Both the position numbers and the translations under genes were made by a program. Below the pieces are notes generated by a model, which saw only the letters and a list, made by a program, of their open reading frames with translations, did not search any database and was not told where the DNA came from. Shown in pieces: positions 55,391 to 62,132 of a stretch of DNA of 64,000 nt. The DNA comes from a virus (taxonomy: Duplodnaviria > Heunggongvirae > Uroviricota > Caudoviricetes), in IMG/VR virus record IMGVR_UViG_3300012956_000001, positions 89,730 through 153,729 of that record; one strand, given 5' to 3'. Positions within the stretch are counted from its first letter, which is position 1, and the number at the start of each line of letters is the position of its first letter.

Positions 55391-55447
55391 GTTCTCCCCC
55401 GTTAAGGATACTTATAGGTGTCTATTGATGGGGGAGAATCTTTTTAT
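55391..55447 (+). terminator. Long terminator hairpin with TACTTAT (55409-55415) at its apex
   Basis: gttctccccc/gggggagaat outer stem, continuing inward with G-U pairs and one bulge; followed by tttttat. Confidence 0.75.
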
Positions 55448-55458
55448 CAGGTAAAACT

Positions 55459-55827
55459 ATGTCATGTACAGTAACCAACAACTATGATATTTGCGTAACA
55501 CAGAACGCATCATTTGAGATGAATTTCAGCTTATATGATGATTCTGGTACTGGTTCTCTGGACGTAACTGGTTGGTCATTTACTGGCAGTATCAAACAAG
55601 CGTTTGATGATCCCTCCCAAGTGATGGCGTTTACCATGAGCGTCGTAAGTTTTACAACGGCAAGTGTAGACACCTATCTCGGTGCAGAAAATACATGGCA
55701 GCTCGGAGTTACAGGCAGTAAATTTGTATATGACATCATTGCAAATAATCCAACTGTTTCTCCGCCAGAAACATATCGATTGATGCAGGGTAAGATTAGC
55801 GTCAACCGAGGAGTCACCGAGCCATGA
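55459..55827 (+). CDS. BppU/LtfC-like small beta-sandwich fibre-attachment protein
   Basis: 'YDICVTQNASFEMNFSL...LDVTGWSFTGSIK...FVYDII...RLMQGKISV'. Confidence 0.6.
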   Translation: MSCTVTNNYDICVTQNASFEMNFSLYDDSGTGSLDVTGWSFTGSIKQAFDDPSQVMAFTMSVVSFTTASVDTYLGAENTWQLGVTGSKFVYDIIANNPTVSPPETYRLMQGKISVNRGVTEP

Positions 55828-56546
55828 TTGTTACCATATCGGGATCACAACAACCGATAAATGTAGCCGTCACCGGATCTAGTCAAAGTTCCATTCGAGT
55901 AGGTAGTCAGACAATAGAGACGGTTACATTAGTCGTCAGTACGAGCGTATCGCCAGTAAATTTGACGATGCCAAACTATGTAACATATGCCAAATCTGCC
56001 GGATCGGCATCATTTGCAGAAACGGCAAGCTACGCTCTGGCATCAGCAGGCGTTATAACAAATGCTATATCGTCGTCTTATGCAGAAACAGCAAGTTACT
56101 CACCAGTACAAGATCCATTTCCGTACACTGGCACCGCAGTTATTACAGGAACATTAGAAGTAACTGATAATGTTCAAACTAATAAACTAGTTCTTGATTC
56201 GCAAAATGGATTGTTTGTAATTACTGGATCAGTAACCAGTGGAATCTTTGGCGTTACAGAAAACATCAGACCAACTATTTCTACCGCAAGCTTTTCTGGC
56301 GCAACCATTGATTATCTTGCTCAACGTGAGGGTGGCGTTCGTATTGGTACTGTAATGGGCATTTGGAGTGGTAGTACGTATAGATTTACTGATGTATCCT
56401 CTACAGATATAGGCGATACTTCAGATTTAATAACGGGTTTCTTGTTGGTAAACGATAGTATAATATTTCAAGTTCATAGTGCCGGAAGTGGATCGAGTAC
56501 ATGGACAGTGCAATCGCTGTTTAAACTGTTTCCTCGTCTGATATAA
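55824..56546 (+). CDS. Fibre-cluster protein with ASYA repeats
   Basis: C-terminal domain ('GTVMGIWSGS...FTDVSSTDIGDTSD') is paralogous to that of 56576-58045. Confidence 0.65.
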   Translation: MIVTISGSQQPINVAVTGSSQSSIRVGSQTIETVTLVVSTSVSPVNLTMPNYVTYAKSAGSASFAETASYALASAGVITNAISSSYAETASYSPVQDPFPYTGTAVITGTLEVTDNVQTNKLVLDSQNGLFVITGSVTSGIFGVTENIRPTISTASFSGATIDYLAQREGGVRIGTVMGIWSGSTYRFTDVSSTDIGDTSDLITGFLLVNDSIIFQVHSAGSGSSTWTVQSLFKLFPRLI

Positions 56547-56575
56547 CTTGAACCCCGTACACTTGGGTATTTTAC

Positions 56576-58045
56576 ATGGCTAACGAATTTATTGCTCGCA
56601 AAGGTTTAATTGTTCTGGCTGGTGGCGCATTTGTTACCGGCAACTTGAATGTATCAACTACCATATCATCATCATTTATTAGTGGTGGATTCTTTCATGG
56701 TAATGGTGCGGGCATCTTTGGAGTTATATCTTCGTCGTATGCCATCACATCATCGTATGCCGATCTAGCACGATCTGCGTCGTTTGCAACAACAGCATCA
56801 GCCGCCACAAGTATTACCTTTACACCAGCTACAGCCTCATACGCATTAACGGCTGGTGCAACAGGCGGCGGCGTTACTGGTCAAGGTGTCGCTAATAGGC
56901 TGGTTGTCTGGACGGGCACCAGTGTTATTGCTACGTCAAGTCTTGATGATGATGGATCTCGAATCACTACTTCATTGCCATTTACAGCATCAGCGTTCCA
57001 AGGTAACGGTGCTGGCATTACTGGTGTTATCTCCGCTTCGTACGCAGGTACTGATTGGAGTGCCATCAATAACAAGCCTGTTGGTATTGCAAGCCAGTCA
57101 TCGGTAAACACATTTGGTAATACTACGATTAGCGGTACACTGTTGGTATCTGGTAACGTTAGCGCTGCTGGTTATCAACTTACCGCATCAGCGTTCCAAG
57201 GTAACGGTGCTGGCATTACAGGCGTTGTATCTTCGTCATATGCAGTAACGGCAAGTTACGCAGCTAATGCAGGCGCAGTTAACTTTAGCACCGGATCGTA
57301 TACTGGCAGCTTTACTGGTTCATTGCTTGGATCATTGGTTGGATCGGCTTCGTACGCCACCAATGCACTGACCGCATCCTACGCAACTACCGCTGGTAGT
57401 TCGTCTTATGCGATAACCACCGATTGGTCAGCAATTAACAACAAGCCAGTTGGTATCGTTAGTTCATCAGCACAGACTGTAGCAAATATCGCCGGCCAAA
57501 CCATTACACCATTGATTGTATCGGCTACAACAATTGAAGCCGATACCATTACTGCTCGTGTATTCAATACACAAATGGTATCGTCATCAATTATCTATCA
57601 ATCGGGTAGTACTAAGTTTGGTGATACTGCTGATGACGTAATGAGTGTTACTGGTTCGTTGAACGTAAGTGGATCGGCAACCTTCCTTGGTCCTGTCACG
57701 TTTAACTCTGGGCTTGGACCATCGATTATTGCAGGTGCCTTGTATACGACGGCATCTACAACCGCCAACATTGGTACAACAGTAGTTGGATTGGTTAGTA
57801 CCGGATCATATGACATGGCTCAGTTTGCCTATGTAGTTAAGAATGGACCCCGTGCTCGAAGCGGCGTAGTTATGTCCGTGTGGAGTGCATCAGTTGTAGA
57901 ATTTACAGATACAAGTACAGCCGACGTTGGCGATACCACCGACATATCGTTTACAGTTGATGTGGTCACTGGTAATGCACGATTGAAGGCAGTTGTAGCA
58001 TCAATCAACAGTTGGACCGTCAAGGCAATCGTACAAGCAATCTAA
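56576..58045 (+). CDS. Tail fibre protein with internal repeats
   Basis: N-terminus MANEFIARKGLIV shared with 58093; repeated 'ASAFQGNGAGITGV' and 'TDWSAINNKPVGI'. Confidence 0.7.
   Translation: MANEFIARKGLIVLAGGAFVTGNLNVSTTISSSFISGGFFHGNGAGIFGVISSSYAITSSYADLARSASFATTASAATSITFTPATASYALTAGATGGGVTGQGVANRLVVWTGTSVIATSSLDDDGSRITTSLPFTASAFQGNGAGITGVISASYAGTDWSAINNKPVGIASQSSVNTFGNTTISGTLLVSGNVSAAGYQLTASAFQGNGAGITGVVSSSYAVTASYAANAGAVNFSTGSYTGSFTGSLLGSLVGSASYATNALTASYATTAGSSSYAITTDWSAINNKPVGIVSSSAQTVANIAGQTITPLIVSATTIEADTITARVFNTQMVSSSIIYQSGSTKFGDTADDVMSVTGSLNVSGSATFLGPVTFNSGLGPSIIAGALYTTASTTANIGTTVVGLVSTGSYDMAQFAYVVKNGPRARSGVVMSVWSASVVEFTDTSTADVGDTTDISFTVDVVTGNARLKAVVASINSWTVKAIVQAI
56987..57219 (+). 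repeat. 35-bp perfect direct repeat within the fibre gene
   Basis: gcatcagcgttccaaggtaacggtgctggcattac at 56987-57021 and 57185-57219. Confidence 0.85.
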
Positions 58046-58092
58046 TTTAGATACAATACGGGTGTCCTTTGGATAATGAAAAGGGATAACAC

Positions 58093-59817
58093 ATGGCAAA
58101 TGAATTTGTAGTAAGAAAGGGCTTAATTGTCTCTGGTAGTACAAACATAACGGGCTCAGTAACAGCTTCCGAGGGGTTTACCGGAAGCTTTACTGGCCCG
58201 TTATTTGGTTCTGCGTCATTTGCTACTACTGCGTCCTATGCAACAGTTGCACAGACGCTGTTGGGGTCAGTTGTCTCTGCATCGTATGCTGCTACGGCCC
58301 TTAGTGCATCCTATGCGCCGGGTTCTCCAAGTGTGTCTGCTTCATATGCAGAAACTGCTTCCTATGCTACGGTAGCACAAAATGTTCTTGGGAGTATTAC
58401 TTCCGCATCATATGCAGCTACAGCAAGCTATGTTGAAGGCAGTGAAACTGGTGGTATTACCGGATCATTTAAGGGTGATGGTGCCCAAATTACCGGAATT
58501 GTATCTGCCAGCTATGCAATAAGCGCATCTGCGGCCACCAGTATAACGTTTGTACCATCATCAGCTGCCAGTGCCTCATATGGTATTGGGTCTGGTGCAG
58601 TTGGATTTACTATTTCTAGCTCATTAAATAAGATCACCGGCAGTGTATCTCTTGCAAATGGTGCAACTGGATCATTGCAAGGATCTGCATCCTATGCGTT
58701 AACATCAAGTTACGCAACAGTTGCACAAAATGTTCTTGGATCAATTACATCGGCATCATATGCATTAACGGCTCTTAGTGCTAGCTATGCCCCGGGCAAT
58801 CCGTCTATATCTGCATCATACGCAGAAACTGCAAGTTACGCAACAGTTGCACAAAATGTTCTTGGATCAATTACATCGGCATCATATGCATTAACGGCTT
58901 CATATGCAGAAATTGCACAGAATGTCCTTGGTTCTATTTCGTCCGCAGATACTGCGTCATATGGTAGAAGTCAGACTGGTACTGGATTTACTATCTCTGG
59001 ATCATTGAACAAAGTTACTGGTAGTTTGGTCGTTTCTAATTCTATATCATCATCGTTTATATATTTGCCTAATGTATCTGCTAATACATCTCGTGGTACA
59101 TTGCACTCGTCACCATTAAATGCACAATTTCAACATGCTATAACATTGGCTGCATCCGGTGGTGGGGTTGGCGCAACAGAACGTCCAGGCGGCATACACT
59201 TTAATATTGTGTCTAGTTCGGTCAGTGGAAATTTCCTTGGACTGGCATTTCAATATAGTAGATGGGATGATGCATACAGCGGAACATTGTTTCCATATGC
59301 CAAAATTGGTCAATTTGTAGCAGGTACATCACATGCAATAGATCTCGGTAAAGAAAAAAGTACCGATGATCTTTTTTGGACTGATGATAACAAATTTAAA
59401 AATATCTATGCATATGGTATAGTATCATCATCTACATTTATAGGCGAAACATCAACCATTACCAGCGGAACCATTGGCTTTGTGTCTGCATCAATGGTTC
59501 GAACACAAAATTTGGTCGAACTATCATCTCGTCGATACAAGAACGATATTACACCATTGCTTTCACAGTTGTCGAATATTCAATTGCTAGAACCCGTATC
59601 CTTTAATTGGAAGGGTACAAATGTACCTGATATTGGATTAATCGCTGAAGATGTTGAAAAGATATATCCATCATTGGTCGAATATGATGAGTCTCATGAA
59701 ATAGCTGGTATCAAGTATTCTAAGATGGTACCCTTGCTCATTAATGTTATAAAAGAACTATCAGATCGTGTTGATACACTAGAAGCTAGATTGAATTTAC
59801 ATAAGGACGAGAATTAA
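58093..59817 (+). CDS. Tail fibre with C-terminal S74 intramolecular chaperone
   Basis: 'SSRRYKNDI...LEPVSFNWK...IGLIAEDVEKIYPSLV...IKYSKMVPLLINVIKEL' chaperone; ASYA repeats in the N-terminal half. Confidence 0.85.
   Translation: MANEFVVRKGLIVSGSTNITGSVTASEGFTGSFTGPLFGSASFATTASYATVAQTLLGSVVSASYAATALSASYAPGSPSVSASYAETASYATVAQNVLGSITSASYAATASYVEGSETGGITGSFKGDGAQITGIVSASYAISASAATSITFVPSSAASASYGIGSGAVGFTISSSLNKITGSVSLANGATGSLQGSASYALTSSYATVAQNVLGSITSASYALTALSASYAPGNPSISASYAETASYATVAQNVLGSITSASYALTASYAEIAQNVLGSISSADTASYGRSQTGTGFTISGSLNKVTGSLVVSNSISSSFIYLPNVSANTSRGTLHSSPLNAQFQHAITLAASGGGVGATERPGGIHFNIVSSSVSGNFLGLAFQYSRWDDAYSGTLFPYAKIGQFVAGTSHAIDLGKEKSTDDLFWTDDNKFKNIYAYGIVSSSTFIGETSTITSGTIGFVSASMVRTQNLVELSSRRYKNDITPLLSQLSNIQLLEPVSFNWKGTNVPDIGLIAEDVEKIYPSLVEYDESHEIAGIKYSKMVPLLINVIKELSDRVDTLEARLNLHKDEN
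58706..58899 (+). repeat. 68-bp perfect direct repeat within the fibre gene
   Basis: Identical copies at 58706-58773 and 58832-58899 (encoding SYATVAQNVLGSITSASYALTA). Confidence 0.9.
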
Positions 59818-59820
59818 CAT

Positions 59821-60969
59821 ATGGCACAATTACAAACCACAGCCATCACCGGCAGTTTATCAGCTTCACTGGGTTTTACTGGCAGCTTTGTTGGTGAATT
59901 AGTTGGTAGTGCATCTTATGCAACAACTGCACAAAGTGTACTCGGATCTATTACATCAGCATCATATGCAGAAACTGCATCATATGCGCCCAGTACGCCG
60001 AGTGTAAGTGCATCGTATGCATCAACTTCATCATATGCAACTGATTTTATTGCAAATACTGCAATTATTGGATCTATTACTGGTTCATCGATGGAATTAA
60101 CCGGATCGAATACGTTCTTAGAAATGGGCGTTCGTGATGCAAAGCCAGATAATCCATCTGTTGGGTCTGCAAGAATGTACATGCGTACAGTTGCAGGTAG
60201 ATCCTTACTGTCCAGTATTGGTGCATCAGGCTTAGCGGTACAATATCAACCTTCATTTTTTAATAATAATGTTCAAGTTATGTCGCCGGGAACAGGTGCT
60301 GCGCCAACTGTTACTGGTATGTCGTTAACCAATATTGGCACATATTCACACCCAACTCCGACCATTCGATACGGATGGACTTCTAACCTAGCAACTGGTG
60401 CTGGATTGAATGGTACTATTGTTACGGCGTCTTCGGGCCATGCACTAACTACGCTGTTTAGAGGATCATCTGAAACTGGGTCTGGTGGGTTTTTCTTCTT
60501 TGCACGCGTTGCGTTTCCCGATGGTTCATACACCGGCTCGGCTGGTGTTGGTAACGTATCAGGTTCACGTATTTTTGTTGGATTAACCGATCAAACAATG
60601 GTTAACGCATCCGGTAACGATTCATCTTCACTTGGTCGTGGTATTGGATTTCAATTGAGCTATCCTAGAGGAGATACGCAGTGGCAAATAGTATCTCGTA
60701 ATAACGCAAATCCAATTGCACAAATTAATACTGGTGTTACGTTTAATGCACGGAGCATTTATGACTATTATTTATTCGCACCACCATCTGGTTCGTATGT
60801 AGGATGGCGAATTGATGATATTGGATTGGGCATATCAGTTAGTGGTACTTTTACAGGCAGTGATTTGCCGGCCGCAGATACATTAATGCGATTTGGCGTA
60901 ACATATCGAGCAGCATTAGGTACTAAAAACTTACGAATTCAAAAAATGTACGCTGAATCGGATCAATAA
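59821..60969 (+). CDS. Fibre/adhesin with ASYA repeats and C-terminal lectin-like beta domain
   Basis: 382 aa; 'SASYATTAQSVLGSITSASYA'; beta-rich C-terminal domain. Confidence 0.65.
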   Translation: MAQLQTTAITGSLSASLGFTGSFVGELVGSASYATTAQSVLGSITSASYAETASYAPSTPSVSASYASTSSYATDFIANTAIIGSITGSSMELTGSNTFLEMGVRDAKPDNPSVGSARMYMRTVAGRSLLSSIGASGLAVQYQPSFFNNNVQVMSPGTGAAPTVTGMSLTNIGTYSHPTPTIRYGWTSNLATGAGLNGTIVTASSGHALTTLFRGSSETGSGGFFFFARVAFPDGSYTGSAGVGNVSGSRIFVGLTDQTMVNASGNDSSSLGRGIGFQLSYPRGDTQWQIVSRNNANPIAQINTGVTFNARSIYDYYLFAPPSGSYVGWRIDDIGLGISVSGTFTGSDLPAADTLMRFGVTYRAALGTKNLRIQKMYAESDQ

Positions 60970-60978
60970 GAGAGTCAT

Positions 60979-61380
60979 ATGGCAAATGATGAATTAACCT
61001 GTCTAACCAATGAATTTGGTGAAAAGGAAAGTCAAACGGGCATTGTTCGTAGATTGTTTACAATTACCGAACTTGGTGCCATTATTCAAGGTCATACACA
61101 CACCTATGGACACGATATGGTAATATATCAAGGAGAGTGTGATGTTGAATTATGGACGCGTGATAGCGAAAAAGTGTCAACCGTTCATTTAAAACAGTTT
61201 GATGTATTTTATGTAGACAAGGATATCTTTCATAAGATTATACCAACGGTAGTTCCGTATGCACATAGTTGTGATTTTGTGAGTAGACATGTAGATGGTA
61301 CTGTTGCTGGACATGCTACAGGCAATAGAGATGCTGCAGACGCAACGCGTGATCCACTACCAGAGGTTCTATGGGAATAA
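60979..61380 (+). CDS. Cupin-like protein
   Basis: 'GHTHTYGHDMVIYQGECDVE...FYVDKDIFHKI' resembles cupin motifs 1 and 2. Confidence 0.55.
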   Translation: MANDELTCLTNEFGEKESQTGIVRRLFTITELGAIIQGHTHTYGHDMVIYQGECDVELWTRDSEKVSTVHLKQFDVFYVDKDIFHKIIPTVVPYAHSCDFVSRHVDGTVAGHATGNRDAADATRDPLPEVLWE

Positions 61381-62051
61381 ACATAGTTCAACAAGAAGAA
61401 AAAACTGGTATTAGTATAAGTTCATTGGTTACCGATGCGCCAGGCGTTGCATGGACCTCTGGTAATATACTCATTGCATTAGTACGTGGCTCTGTAGTTA
61501 GCAGCATCACCGGCGGCGGCGCGACTGGTGGATGGACCCGTATACAATCTAATAGTAACATCAATGCATTTACCTCAGAAATCTGGTATGCATATAACGA
61601 CAGCGGCGGCTCACAGGCCGTTACGGTTAATTGTGCGTTTACATCTGCTTTGCAAGTATTAATAGTAGAATTATCTGGGTGCGTTACCAGCGGCGATCCA
61701 TCGGATGGGAAAACCGGAGCAGCTGGAAATAACGGAACGTCTATTAATTCTGGCAACGTAACGCCAACAGCAGGTACCGAAGTTATATTATTCAACTGTG
61801 GTAGATTCCAGGCAAATACTGCATCTACTGCCGGCCCTAGTGGTTGGACAGACTTATTGGGCGGTGCACCACCAACTGGTACGCCCGCATCCTATAAGAT
61901 TATATCAAGCGCATCTGGTGGATACAACGCAACCTATGCTATTGGTTATAACAGATACGCAGTTTCTATTGTAGCCATCAAAGCAGCGCCACCTGCACCG
62001 GCAGGAAATAGAACTGTAATACGTGGTATCTGTCGTGGCATTGCACGATAA
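61371..62051 (+). CDS. Gly/Ser/Thr-rich beta protein (fibre cluster)
   Basis: 226 aa, 10-nt overlap with the cupin gene; last gene before an early promoter. Confidence 0.6.
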   Translation: MGINIVQQEEKTGISISSLVTDAPGVAWTSGNILIALVRGSVVSSITGGGATGGWTRIQSNSNINAFTSEIWYAYNDSGGSQAVTVNCAFTSALQVLIVELSGCVTSGDPSDGKTGAAGNNGTSINSGNVTPTAGTEVILFNCGRFQANTASTAGPSGWTDLLGGAPPTGTPASYKIISSASGGYNATYAIGYNRYAVSIVAIKAAPPAPAGNRTVIRGICRGIAR

Positions 62052-62077
62052 ACATTATGTGTATTTTAACTTAACGC

Positions 62078-62106
62078 TTGACAAAACACACTTTCATCAT
62101 TATTTT
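62078..62106 (+). promoter_or_regulatory. Sigma70-type early promoter
   Basis: TTGACA (62078-83), 17-nt spacer, TATTTT (62101-06); SD AGGA before ATG 62133. Confidence 0.55.
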
Positions 62107-62132
62107 TACTGCAGCTCAACAGGAATGATATA

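Noticed and set aside
28822-60100. ASYA repeats as a CRISPR array or a DGR template/variable repeat pair
   Set aside because: The repeats are in-frame coding, have no unique spacers of regular length and no cas genes. The 50-bp pair differs at T/G and C/T rather than at adenines, and no reverse transcriptase is present in the window.
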